This document shows, piece by piece, positions 8,536 to 17,512 of a stretch of 60,214 nt of DNA. The translations under genes and the position numbers were made by a program. The DNA comes from Candidatus Limnocylindrales bacterium (GTDB lineage Bacteria; Chloroflexota; Limnocylindria; Limnocylindrales; CSP1-4): contig JANWLH010000018.1 of the NCBI GenBank assembly GCA_025450915.1, forward strand, positions 1 to 60,214, read 5' to 3'. The notes under the pieces are model-generated. The model had not been told where the DNA came from. It ran no database searches and saw nothing but the letters and a program-made list of their open reading frames with translations. The first letter of the stretch is position 1, and every line of letters starts with the position of its first letter.

Positions 8536-9681
8536 CTAGCGCCGCGCCCCGACCGGGACCGCGTCGCCGACGAGGAGCTCCTGGGCGACCCGGGTGATGT
8601 CGATGCTGACCTGGGCGCCGGGCTCGGCGAGGACGAACGGGACGCCGCCGTTGTTCGCCTGGATGACCAGCCGCCCGTCGGAGACGACGTAGTGCTCGGG
8701 GACCCGGCCGATCGCCCGGGCAAGCTCGTTGATGTCCATCCCGCCCGATGAGTCGGCCCGGTTCACGAGGTAGCGGACCTTGGTCGGCGGGTAGCCGATC
8801 GAGCGGAACGTGTCGGCCATCGCCAGGGTGTTGTGGATCGTCGTCGAGTCGAACGTCACGATCTCGATGATCGTGTCGCAGGCGTCGAGGAAGCTCAGGG
8901 TGGTATCGGTGAGGGCCGCCGGGGTGTCGATCACGACGACCTCGTAGACCCGCCGCAGGAGCGACAGGATTTTGTCGACGTCGCGCACGGTCACCATCTC
9001 GGCCTGCTCGATGCGCGGCGGGGCAAGGAGGATGTCGACCCCCGACGGGTCGCGCCACATCACGTCGGCGAGGTCCGATTCCTGGACCCGGTCGGTGGGC
9101 AGGTCGAGGATCGACGGCGCGTCCGGGGGAACCTTGAGGAGCGAGCGCAGGTCGCCGAACTGGAGGCTGCCGTCGATCAGCGCCGTCCGCTTGCCACCCT
9201 GGGCGATCGCCACCGCGAGGTTGAACGCGACGGTGGTCTTGCCGACACCGCCCTTCGGGGCGAAGACCGTCAGGACGCGGGACGCAGCGGCTTCGGCGCT
9301 GACCTGGAACGCGTGGTGGATGCCGGAGACCTTGTTCATCAGGTCGAACCCGGAGAACGGCATCATCAGGACGGCGTGGATCCCCCGCTCCGGATCTGGC
9401 TCGATCGGGTGCTGCGGGACCGTCAGGACGATCATCGGCAGCCCGACTCCACCCGCGAATAGCTGATCGACGAGCTGGAGGCCCTTGACCCGGCCCTGGA
9501 GCAGGGCGTCGACGATCACCACGTCGGGCCGCAACTGGCCGATCTGGCCGGCGGCCTTCGAACCGTCAACGAGGACGTCGAGCAGCTTGATCGCGCTCTG
9601 GGCGTTGAGCAGTCCCCGGACGTACTGGGCTACCTGTGGCACGTCTTCGACGAGCAGGAGCCGGATCTGGTCCTTGGCCAT
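8536..9681 (-). CDS. CpaE/TadZ-like protein: an N-terminal atypical receiver domain fused to a MinD/ParA-type ATPase
   Basis: Receiver-like LLLVEDV...VVIVDALL...IVLT, but MPF replaces the conserved KPF. Deviant Walker A is PKGGVGKTT. No other tad/cpa genes are nearby. Confidence 0.8.
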   Translation of the reverse strand: MAKDQIRLLLVEDVPQVAQYVRGLLNAQSAIKLLDVLVDGSKAAGQIGQLRPDVVIVDALLQGRVKGLQLVDQLFAGGVGLPMIVLTVPQHPIEPDPERGIHAVLMMPFSGFDLMNKVSGIHHAFQVSAEAAASRVLTVFAPKGGVGKTTVAFNLAVAIAQGGKRTALIDGSLQFGDLRSLLKVPPDAPSILDLPTDRVQESDLADVMWRDPSGVDILLAPPRIEQAEMVTVRDVDKILSLLRRVYEVVVIDTPAALTDTTLSFLDACDTIIEIVTFDSTTIHNTLAMADTFRSIGYPPTKVRYLVNRADSSGGMDINELARAIGRVPEHYVVSDGRLVIQANNGGVPFVLAEPGAQVSIDITRVAQELLVGDAVPVGARR

Positions 9682-9687
9682 CGATCG

Positions 9688-9693
9688 ACGATA
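9688..9693 (-). promoter_or_regulatory. Candidate -10 element TATCGT (minus strand), 6 nt upstream of ATG 9681
   Basis: The minus strand reads TATCGT-cgatcg-ATG. There is no Shine-Dalgarno sequence. Confidence 0.35.
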
Positions 9694-9753
9694 CCATGCG
9701 CGCGCGGCGCGACTAGTCCTCCGAACGGCCCATGGCGCGGACCGCCATCGAGG

Positions 9754-10548
9754 CTATGGACGCCGGGCGACGAGGATCGCCCGCTCGGCCCCCGCCCCGA
9801 GCGGCTCGAGGCCGTAATCGCCGGCCAGGGTCTCGACCTCCAGCCCCGCTGCCCGGGCGTGATCGACGAGCTCGCCGGCGCCGACGAGGCGCAGCAGGTC
9901 GCGCCGGATCCAGCGGGTCACGGGCAGCCCGGCCTCGGCCTCGTCGTAGATCGAGGTGAGCAGGGCGGTGGCCGTGGCCGCGTCGTGGAGCGCGGCCACG
10001 GTCTTGGTCACGGTTCGCCCGCTGGCCGGGTCCGTGCGGATGTACTCGAGCAGCAGGCGCTGGTCGTAGCGGGCCAGGTCGACCGCGTCCGGCAGCCAGA
10101 TATCGACGACGGCCAGGCCACCCGGGACGAGGGCCGCGGCGAGCGATTCGAGGGCGGCCCGCTGCTCGTGACGCCCGGCCATCAGGAAGAGCGCGTTCAG
10201 GCCGAGGATCGCCAGGCGAAACGCCGGCCGGGGCGGTCGCCAGGTCGTGAGGTCGGCGAGCACGGGCGTGACGTTGACCGGGGCCCGCTCGCGGAGACGG
10301 GCGAGCATCGCCGGGTCGAGATCGACGGCCGTGATCTCGTGGCCCGCGGCGGCCAGCGGCCGGACGATTCGGCCGGTCCCGGCCGCGAGCTCGACGATCG
10401 GCCCGCCCGTTCGCTCGGCGAGGGCCAGGTAGAGGGCGGTGTCGTCGCCGGGATCCTCGGCGAGGTCGACATCATAGAGCCGGGCCAGGGCCTCAGGCTC
10501 CGTCTCGGGAGCCGCTCCACTCCGGTTCGGGGCCGCCGGATCGCTCAC
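9754..10548 (-). CDS. Class I SAM-dependent methyltransferase
   Basis: IVELAAGTGR SAM-binding motif I followed by AVDLD. GTG 10548 overlaps the agmatinase stop (GTGA). Confidence 0.8.
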   Translation of the reverse strand: MSDPAAPNRSGAAPETEPEALARLYDVDLAEDPGDDTALYLALAERTGGPIVELAAGTGRIVRPLAAAGHEITAVDLDPAMLARLRERAPVNVTPVLADLTTWRPPRPAFRLAILGLNALFLMAGRHEQRAALESLAAALVPGGLAVVDIWLPDAVDLARYDQRLLLEYIRTDPASGRTVTKTVAALHDAATATALLTSIYDEAEAGLPVTRWIRRDLLRLVGAGELVDHARAAGLEVETLAGDYGLEPLGAGAERAILVARRP

Positions 10549-11612
10549 CCGGCGGCAGGTTCCCAGCGGACCGCTCGACCGCCGCGCTTCTTGATCGCGA
10601 GGGCGCTGATCGCCTCGAGCGCCGCCCGGTTGGCGGCCATCGCCGTGGTCTCGGCGTGGTCGTAGGGCGGCGAGACCTCGACGATGTCCATCCCGCACAG
10701 GTCGACCGCCGCCACGATCTGGCGGATCGCCCGGAGGACCTCGCGGGTGAGCATCCCGCCCGGCTCGGGCGTCCCGGTGCCGGGGGCCAGGCCGGGATCG
10801 ATCACGTCGATGTCGATGCTCAGGTAGATCGACTCCGGGCCGTCGAGCGCCTCGGCAATCGCGTCGGCGACCACCGCCTCGGAGCCCCGGTCCTCGATCT
10901 CGCGCATGAGGTGGTAGCGCAGTCCGTTGGCCTGCATCCACTCGAAGACGTCGACCGGCGGCCAGTAGCCGCGCAGCCCGACCTGCACGAAGTTCGAGCC
11001 CTTGACCGCGCCCGACTCGATCAGCCGGCGCATCGGCGTGCCGTGGCCCGCGAGGACGCCCCAGTCGTCGTTCGCCGTGTCCGCGTGGGCGTCGAAGTGG
11101 ACGATCCCGATCGAGCCCGGCCGGCGGACCTCGGCGATCGCCGTCGCCGACGGCCAGGTGATCGAATGGTCGCCGCCGAGGACGATCGGGATCGCGCCGG
11201 TTTCGGCCACCTCGCGGACCTTGCGGTAGATCATCGCGTGGGCCCGCTCCGGGGCGGCCGGCACGACGTTGGCATCGCCGGCGTCGACGACGTCGAGGAC
11301 CTCGAACGGCTCGACGCCGAGCTGGAGCGAGTTGATCGAGCCCGAGGTGTACTGCGCCTGGCGGATCGAACGGGGCCCGAAGCGGGCGCCCGAGCGGTGG
11401 CTGACCGCATCGTCGAACGGCGCCCCGATGATCGCGACATCCGTCCGGCGCTCTCGCAGGACCGCCGGATCGGTGATCCAGGGCAGGTTCATGAACGTCG
11501 TCGGGCCGACGTAGGTGGGCAGGTCGAAGTCGGAATAGACCTCGTAGTCGCGGTCCCAGCCGTTGGCCGCGGCGAATCCGCCGTGGGGGCTGGGATCCTG
11601 GCGCTTGGCCAT
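10545..11612 (-). CDS. speB: Agmatinase / ureohydrolase family protein
   Basis: Arginase-fold metal motifs are GGDHSIT, HFDAHADT and SIDIDVIDPGLAPGTGTPEPGG. A GGAGG Shine-Dalgarno sequence precedes ATG 11612. Confidence 0.9.
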   Translation of the reverse strand: MAKRQDPSPHGGFAAANGWDRDYEVYSDFDLPTYVGPTTFMNLPWITDPAVLRERRTDVAIIGAPFDDAVSHRSGARFGPRSIRQAQYTSGSINSLQLGVEPFEVLDVVDAGDANVVPAAPERAHAMIYRKVREVAETGAIPIVLGGDHSITWPSATAIAEVRRPGSIGIVHFDAHADTANDDWGVLAGHGTPMRRLIESGAVKGSNFVQVGLRGYWPPVDVFEWMQANGLRYHLMREIEDRGSEAVVADAIAEALDGPESIYLSIDIDVIDPGLAPGTGTPEPGGMLTREVLRAIRQIVAAVDLCGMDIVEVSPPYDHAETTAMAANRAALEAISALAIKKRGGRAVRWEPAAG

Positions 11613-11727
11613 GGGACCTCCGGGAGACGCCCTGATCCGGGCAGGCGCCGCAACGCCGGGCCGGTCCTTGACCGCGTCTTCTGGGGACGCCGCCGGTTCG
11701 TTTCACGTCCAGCGGGGCGCCGGGGCC

Positions 11728-11733
11728 ATCCTA
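11728..11733 (-). promoter_or_regulatory. Candidate -10 element TAGGAT (minus strand), which would give a ~108-nt leader for agmatinase
   Basis: It is the only TANNNT hexamer in the 182-bp gap. No convincing -35 element. Confidence 0.25.
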
Positions 11734-11794
11734 GCACTGCCCTGAGCGCCATCCGGGCGGATCGAGCGCGGTCAGCCGGACCGGATCCCCTCGG

Positions 11795-13042
11795 TCAGCT
11801 GGACTCGCGGAACTCGGCCCAGGCGGCCGCGACCAGGCTCGGGTCCGCGAAGAGCTCGTAGGCGGTCTGGGCGACGACCGTCGCGACCAGCAGGGTGACC
11901 TCGTCGGCATACGGGGTCGCTGCCGCGTCGCGGAACTCGATCGAGTGACCGGGCACACCCGCCGGGCAGATCGCCACGCAGGGATGGATCGTGGGCAGGA
12001 CCTGGCTGACGTCGCCCATGTCCGAGCTGCCCAGGTTGTCCGGTTGCGGCCCCGGAACGACGCCGTAGGCCTCGAGGTTCGCGCCGAACCGGTTGGCCAG
12101 CACCATGTTGTTGCGCATCGTCGAGGCGCGCCCGCTGAAGACGACGTCGACCGTGCAGTCCGCGGCAAGCGCCGCCGCTCGGCAGAGCCCTTCGAAGCGG
12201 GTCCGCATCCGCTCGTACTCCGCCTCGTCCGGTGAGCGGATCATGAACCAGGCCGCGGTCCGATCAGGAATGATGTTGGCCGCCTGGCCGCCCTCGGTGA
12301 TCACCCCGTGGACACGGGCTTCCGGATGGAGCTGCTGGCGCCACAGCCCGACCGAGCTGAACAGCACGATCATCGCGTCGAGGGCATTCCGGCCCTGCCA
12401 GGGATCGGACGCGGCGTGGGCCTGGAATCCGTGGAACGTCACCTCGACGTCCTCGCTCGCCAGCAGCCCGCAGGTCACGTGGGTCATGTCCGACGGATGG
12501 AACAGGAGGGCCGCGTCGAGGCCGTCGAAAAGGCCGTCCTTGATCATCGCCACCTTGCCCGAGCCACGCTCCTCGGCGGGCGTGCCGAGGAAGACGATCT
12601 CGCCGGGCAGCTCCGGCGCGATTGCAGCCAGGGCGATCGCCGCCCCGACGCCCGAGGCGGCCATCGTGTTGTGGCCGCAGCCGTGGCCCAGCCCGGGCAG
12701 GGCGTCGTACTCGGCGAGGATGCCGATCCGCGGGCGGTCGCCGCCGGGCTGCTCCGCCCTGCCGCCGCGCAGCCGTCCGCGGATCGCCGTCGGCAGGCTG
12801 CCGGCCGGGAGCTCGACCGCGAAGCCATGGGCGCGGACCGCGTCGGCGATCCACGCCGAGGCCTGGACCTCCTCGAAGGCGGGCTCGGGATTCGCATGGA
12901 TCCGGTGGCTCAGGGCGAGGATCTCGTCCCGATTCGCCTCCACGATCGCCGCCAGGCGAGCCTTGGCGGCCGCGAATCGGCCACCCGGATCGGTCGATCC
13001 GATGGGCCGGATGACCGCCGGTTCGCGGCGCTCGACGGTCAT
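11795..13042 (-). CDS. M20-family amidohydrolase / metallopeptidase
   Basis: HANPEPAFEE, GHGCGHN, and an M20D-like overall pattern. ATG 13042 overlaps the upstream stop (ATGA). Confidence 0.85.
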   Translation of the reverse strand: MTVERREPAVIRPIGSTDPGGRFAAAKARLAAIVEANRDEILALSHRIHANPEPAFEEVQASAWIADAVRAHGFAVELPAGSLPTAIRGRLRGGRAEQPGGDRPRIGILAEYDALPGLGHGCGHNTMAASGVGAAIALAAIAPELPGEIVFLGTPAEERGSGKVAMIKDGLFDGLDAALLFHPSDMTHVTCGLLASEDVEVTFHGFQAHAASDPWQGRNALDAMIVLFSSVGLWRQQLHPEARVHGVITEGGQAANIIPDRTAAWFMIRSPDEAEYERMRTRFEGLCRAAALAADCTVDVVFSGRASTMRNNMVLANRFGANLEAYGVVPGPQPDNLGSSDMGDVSQVLPTIHPCVAICPAGVPGHSIEFRDAAATPYADEVTLLVATVVAQTAYELFADPSLVAAAWAEFRESS

Positions 13043-13413
13043 CGATCGACCGACAGGGTGGCTTCGGCCACGCCCACGATCACCAGGACAAACAGCGCGA
13101 TCGGCAGGCTGAAGGCATCCTCGAGCTTGAGCAGGACGAAGAGGGCCAGCGCGAAACCGATCCAGCCGCCGCGCCGGAAGGCCCGGATCCAGTCGCCCCG
13201 ATAGGCGATCCGGCCGTGGCGGCTGAAGACGGTCAACCACAGGACGGGAATCGAGGTCAGCCCGAATGCCGTGCCGATCATCACTGCTCCAATGAAGACG
13301 ATCTGGCCATTGGTCCGCGGATCCTGGGTCGTGAGGATGATCGCCACGACGACCCAGGCGGTCGCCGCGCAGGCCAGGGTAGCGATATTGATCAGGCGGT
13401 CGCGCGGCTCCAT
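13039..13413 (-). CDS. Hypothetical integral membrane protein (about 4 TM segments)
   Basis: Four hydrophobic stretches. Its stop overlaps the M20 start, indicating coupling. Confidence 0.6.
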   Translation of the reverse strand: MEPRDRLINIATLACAATAWVVVAIILTTQDPRTNGQIVFIGAVMIGTAFGLTSIPVLWLTVFSRHGRIAYRGDWIRAFRRGGWIGFALALFVLLKLEDAFSLPIALFVLVIVGVAEATLSVDR

Positions 13414-13422
13414 CCACCTGCG

Positions 13423-13428
13423 AGTCTA
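13423..13428 (-). promoter_or_regulatory. Candidate -10 element TAGACT (minus strand), 9 nt upstream of ATG 13413
   Basis: The minus strand reads TAGACT-cgcaggtgg-ATG. Confidence 0.3.
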
Positions 13429-13448
13429 ACCGTGGCGCGCGGCAATTC

Positions 13449-14243
13449 TCAGGCCAGGGCCGACTCCAGCTCGGCCAGCGCGTCGATCTCGAGGTCCGCC
13501 CGGACCGACGCGTCCGGCCTGGACGAGGGCAGCGGCGATCCGGCCTGGCGATCGCGGAAGTACGCGGCCCGCCAGCCGGCCCGCTTCGCGCCGACGATGT
13601 CGGCGGCCCAGTCGTCGCCGACGTGGAGGATTGACTGCCCCTTCCGGCCGAGCGCCGCCTCGGTGACCCGGAAGATCCGCGGGTCGGGCTTGATCGTGCC
13701 GACGCGCTGCGACACGACGACGGCGCGGAGCGACGGGCGCCAGCCGGCCGATTCGAGATAGGCATCGATCGTCGATGCGAGCGGCCAGTTCGAGAGGATC
13801 GCGAGATCGAAGTGGTCCGCGAGCCGCTCCAGGAGCGGACCGACCTCGGCGGGAACCGGGACCAGCGCGACGAAGGCTCGACTGTAGGCATCGACCGCGA
13901 CGCCGATCTCGGCCGGCGTCGAGTGGCGTCCGGCCGCGACGTCGTCCCAGGCCTGCGACGTGGGCGGCGCAGGCATGCCCCGCAGCCGGGCCAGGACGCG
14001 GACGACCCGGCGATCGAGATCGACCTCGCGCAGGCGCGGGACTTCCTCGGCGAACTGGCGATCGCGTTCCTCGGCCCAGGTTCGCGCGAACTCGGCCGGA
14101 TCGACACCACCCAGCTCGGCAACGATCGTCGTGATCATCTGCTCGACGACCGCCGCCAGGGCCGGACTGCCGACCGGCACGAGGGTATTGCCGAAATCGA
14201 AGCTGATCGCGCGGAGGTCCGGGAACCGCTCCGAGCCGGCCAC
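13449..14243 (-). CDS. HAD-superfamily hydrolase (subfamily IA-like)
   Basis: Motif I is ISFDFGNTL and motif IV is HVGDDWAADIVGAKRAG. GTG start at 14243. Confidence 0.85.
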   Translation of the reverse strand: MAGSERFPDLRAISFDFGNTLVPVGSPALAAVVEQMITTIVAELGGVDPAEFARTWAEERDRQFAEEVPRLREVDLDRRVVRVLARLRGMPAPPTSQAWDDVAAGRHSTPAEIGVAVDAYSRAFVALVPVPAEVGPLLERLADHFDLAILSNWPLASTIDAYLESAGWRPSLRAVVVSQRVGTIKPDPRIFRVTEAALGRKGQSILHVGDDWAADIVGAKRAGWRAAYFRDRQAGSPLPSSRPDASVRADLEIDALAELESALA

Positions 14244-14250
14244 CGACGTC

Positions 14251-17200
14251 CTAGCGGGCCAGGCTGGCGGGACAGATGTCCCGGAACGGGCAGTACGAGC
14301 AGGCGACGAGATCGGGCTTGGGCGTGAAGTCGCGGGCCCGGATCCCGCTTGCGGCAGCCTCGATCTGGGCCTTCCCCTTGGCCAGCCGCTTGTCGTCGAC
14401 CCCGGCGCGACCGACGAGGCCCGTCTCCAGGAAGCTGAGCTGGACGGCGTCGGGCAGCCGTCCGGTCATTGCCTGCCAGCCCATCGCGTAGATCGTCAGC
14501 TGGAGCGAATCCCGTGCCCGCTGGCGGGCCTTGTCCGGGTCCCGGACATCACTCGACTTGTAGTCGGTGATCGTCACGGTCTCGCGCGGCAGGAGGGCGA
14601 GCGTCGGCTCGACGACATCGGGCGCGAAATCGCCGGGCGTCATCTCGCTCGGTTGCGCGGCGTCACCCGCGGGCACGACGTCGACGCGATCCCAGCGACC
14701 GCGAATCCGGTCACCGTTGAGGCTGAACGCGAAATCACGCTCGACATAGGCCGGGATCACGGCGCCGGGCTCGAGCTGCTCGAGCCGGAAACGGCGGAGG
14801 GCGGCTCGGCCGGCGTCGAGTCGGGCCAGCTCGTGGTCGCGGTTGAGGAAGCCCTCACTCGACCAGGCCGCCTCGAACGAGGCATACAGCTCGGTCTCGC
14901 TCATGACCTCGCCTCGGGCGTGGCGCTTGTGGAATTCCTGGACGGCGCGATGCAGCGCGGCGCCGTAGATGATCGAGTGGTGCGGCGATACGGGCACCCG
15001 GAGCAGGTGGTTGAACTTGTATTTCTGGGGGCACGTCAGGTAGTCGTCGACCTGGTAGAAGCTGAGCGAGAGCGGCTCGGTGGACTCCCCTGCGGGCTGC
15101 GCGGGGCGAACCCGGGCCGTGCCCGCCGGGACGGCCGAGGCAGCCAGGCGCTCGAGCGGGCTCGCAACGATTGCTGGGCCGGCGGCCGGCGCGGCGATCG
15201 GCAGGTCGAGGGCCTCGAGGACGAACGGTGACACCCGGCGAGCTCGACGGCCACCGTAGTCCGCGGCGTGGCTCAGGATCAGCTCGTCGCGCGCCCTGGT
15301 CATCCCGACATAGAACAGGCGTCGCTCCTCCTGGATGTGATGATCGCCGCCCGGGATCGTCTCATGAAGGAGCTCGTCGGGGATCTCCAGGCCGTCACGC
15401 CGGGGACTCGCCGGAAAGCGACCGTCCACGAGGCCGGCCAGGAAGACGGTCGGGAACTCGAGGCCCTTCGCCTTGTGCACCGTGAGGACGGAGACGACGT
15501 CGGCTTCCGCGTCGATCTCGGCGGTCGGCGGCTCGTCGCCGGCATCGATCAGCGTCTGGAGGTGGCGGGCGACGAAGATCGCCCGGTCGTCCGGCAGCAA
15601 GGCCGACTGGCCACGGACGATCTCGAAGAACCGGGCGATGTTCTGGAGCGCCTCTTCGCCCGCGCCGCCTTCCGCTGCGGTCAGCCTCGTCAGGATCCCC
15701 GAGCCCTTCAGGAACGCGTAGAGGACCTCGCCGCTGGGGCGCTCGTGGGCAAGCTCGCTGTAGGTCCGGAGGTCGGCCACGAGACGGCTCACGATCGCCC
15801 GCGACGCCGGGCCGATCCGGAGCAGGCCGGGCTGGCGGTCGAGCTCCTCGATGACCTCCCACAGCGATCGGTTGCGCCGCCGGGCGGCGTTCATGATCGC
15901 GGTCAGGTCGGGTCCGTGGAGGCCGTAGCTCTCCGAGGCGGCGAGGCCGTACAGGTCGATGCTCGAGCCGAGATCTGCGATGCAGCGCAGGAAACCGAGG
16001 AGGATCTTGATCTCCGGCCGGCCGTACAGCCCGGAGGTGCCGCTGAACCGCCAGGGCAGGCCGGCGATGTTCAGGCTGCGCAGGATCGCCTCGCCGCCGG
16101 CATTCGTCCGCACGAGGACCGCGTGATCGCGGGGTCGAGCCCCGGCCTCGACCCGGGCGCTGATCTGGGCGGCGATCCAGTCCGCCTCGTCCGTCGCCGT
16201 GGCGAACGCCTCGTGGCGAACGGCGGCGACGCGCCGCTCGGCGGGCGGCTCGGGCCGCTGTGCCCGGAGGCGCTTGGAGATGCCCGCCCGGACCTCGAGC
16301 CGATCGGGATCGTTGTGGCGGACCAGTCGATGGCTGGCGGCCAGGATCTCGGAGCGCGACCGGTAGTTGCGCCGGAGGACGATGAGACGCGACCGCCGGT
16401 AGCGCTGGCGGAAATCGAGGATGTTGCTGATCGCCGCGCCGCGGAACCGGTAGATCGACTGGTCGTCGTCGCCGACGACGGTCACGTTGCGATGGCCGTC
16501 GGCGAGGATCGCGACGAGCTCGGCCTGGGCGCGATTCGTGTCCTGGAACTCGTCGACGAGGAGGTACCGGAAGCGATGCTGGAGCTCGTGCCGGGCAACC
16601 GGCGATTCGCGCACGAGCCGGAGGGCCATTGAGACCTGGTCGCCGAAGTCGATGAGGCCCGCCTCGCCCAGCAGCGCCTGGTAGCGGGCATAGGCCCGCG
16701 CGAGCTCGAGCTGCCGGGCGGCAGCCTCGGTCGCCCACGACGCCGCGCTGCGCTCCTCGCTCCGCGTGCCCGGCCGTGCGGCGAGCGTCGCCAGGCGCTC
16801 GGCATCGCCGACGAGCCGGTCTGCGCAGGCCAGGTACGTTGCCGGGCTGATGTCCTCGTCCTTGCACCGGCTGAAATGGCCGGCAAGAGCGCCCAGGAAG
16901 CGGGTTGGATCGCCCAGCGGACGATAGGCATCGAGCTCGAACTCGAAGAGGCGCTCGCGCAGGAAGATGACGACCTCGGGCTTCGAGAGGACCCGGGCAT
17001 CGGGCGGCAGGCCCAGCTCGAACGCGAACTCCCGGATGATCCGGTCGCCGAAGGCATGGAACGTGGCGATGGCCGCGTCCGCGTAGCCGTACGGCACGAG
17101 CTGGTCGACCCGCGCCTGCATCTCGGCGGCGGCCTTGTCCGTGAACGTGAGGCCGAGGATCTCCGACGGCCGGGCGGTCCGGGAGGCAATCAGCCACGCG

Positions 17201-17400
17201 ATTCGGCGGGTGATCACCTGGGTCTTGCCGGTTCCCGCTCCGGCGACGACGAGGAGGGGGCCGTCGCCGTGCACAACTGCCCGGCGCTGCTCCGGATTGA
17301 GCCCGTCGAGGAGCTTGTCGGCGGCGCCCGCCGCGGGTTCGTCGAGCGGCACGAGGCGGGGCACCTGCCGCGACCGGGGTGCGAGCCGCGGGCCCCACAT
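14251..17400 (-). CDS. UvrD/PcrA-type SF1 helicase fused to a C-terminal PD-(D/E)XK nuclease with a Cas4/AddB-type 4-Cys cluster
   Basis: Walker A is VVAGAGTGKT. LLVDEFQDTN and VGDDDQSIYRFRGA helicase motifs. The nuclease has GRWDRVD, ITDYKS and QLTIYA. The cysteines are YLTCPQKY plus CSYCPFRDIC. Start at ATG 17400, with ATG 17475 as an alternative. Confidence 0.9.
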   Translation of the reverse strand: MWGPRLAPRSRQVPRLVPLDEPAAGAADKLLDGLNPEQRRAVVHGDGPLLVVAGAGTGKTQVITRRIAWLIASRTARPSEILGLTFTDKAAAEMQARVDQLVPYGYADAAIATFHAFGDRIIREFAFELGLPPDARVLSKPEVVIFLRERLFEFELDAYRPLGDPTRFLGALAGHFSRCKDEDISPATYLACADRLVGDAERLATLAARPGTRSEERSAASWATEAAARQLELARAYARYQALLGEAGLIDFGDQVSMALRLVRESPVARHELQHRFRYLLVDEFQDTNRAQAELVAILADGHRNVTVVGDDDQSIYRFRGAAISNILDFRQRYRRSRLIVLRRNYRSRSEILAASHRLVRHNDPDRLEVRAGISKRLRAQRPEPPAERRVAAVRHEAFATATDEADWIAAQISARVEAGARPRDHAVLVRTNAGGEAILRSLNIAGLPWRFSGTSGLYGRPEIKILLGFLRCIADLGSSIDLYGLAASESYGLHGPDLTAIMNAARRRNRSLWEVIEELDRQPGLLRIGPASRAIVSRLVADLRTYSELAHERPSGEVLYAFLKGSGILTRLTAAEGGAGEEALQNIARFFEIVRGQSALLPDDRAIFVARHLQTLIDAGDEPPTAEIDAEADVVSVLTVHKAKGLEFPTVFLAGLVDGRFPASPRRDGLEIPDELLHETIPGGDHHIQEERRLFYVGMTRARDELILSHAADYGGRRARRVSPFVLEALDLPIAAPAAGPAIVASPLERLAASAVPAGTARVRPAQPAGESTEPLSLSFYQVDDYLTCPQKYKFNHLLRVPVSPHHSIIYGAALHRAVQEFHKRHARGEVMSETELYASFEAAWSSEGFLNRDHELARLDAGRAALRRFRLEQLEPGAVIPAYVERDFAFSLNGDRIRGRWDRVDVVPAGDAAQPSEMTPGDFAPDVVEPTLALLPRETVTITDYKSSDVRDPDKARQRARDSLQLTIYAMGWQAMTGRLPDAVQLSFLETGLVGRAGVDDKRLAKGKAQIEAAASGIRARDFTPKPDLVACSYCPFRDICPASLAR

Positions 17401-17512
17401 CGGGACCTGGCCGAGGGGCGATCGGGAAGCGCGACGCTGGGGAGAACCGAGGGTGGTCAGGCTGGCTGGGGGCATGCCCCGAGAATCGCAGCTGCCTGTG
17501 ACAGCTCTGGCG

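Noticed and set aside
8533-8538. TAGACC as another -10 box, upstream of murI
   Set aside because: It lies only 2 nt from the ATG, its TAG is simply the stop codon of the upstream gene, and the last base is not T.
6420-8723. Track ORFs that appear as giant fusion proteins: 6420..8723, 7610..9058, 9754..11706, 11795..14122, 14251..17934, 22622..24871, 33561..35783, 46311..47387 and 51431..53089.
   Set aside because: Each has a junk-like N-terminal part that runs through the neighbouring gene in another frame. The recognisable protein begins at an internal ATG or GTG, usually at a 4-nt overlap with the upstream stop.
11613-11794. A guanidine riboswitch (ykkC, mini-ykkC or ykkC-III) upstream of agmatinase
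   Set aside because: GGACG, AGACG and GGTCAAGGAC-like fragments are present. However, their order and spacing do not fit the guanidine-III pseudoknot as I recall it. There are no paired ACGR-loop hairpins (guanidine-II) and no guanidine-I core.
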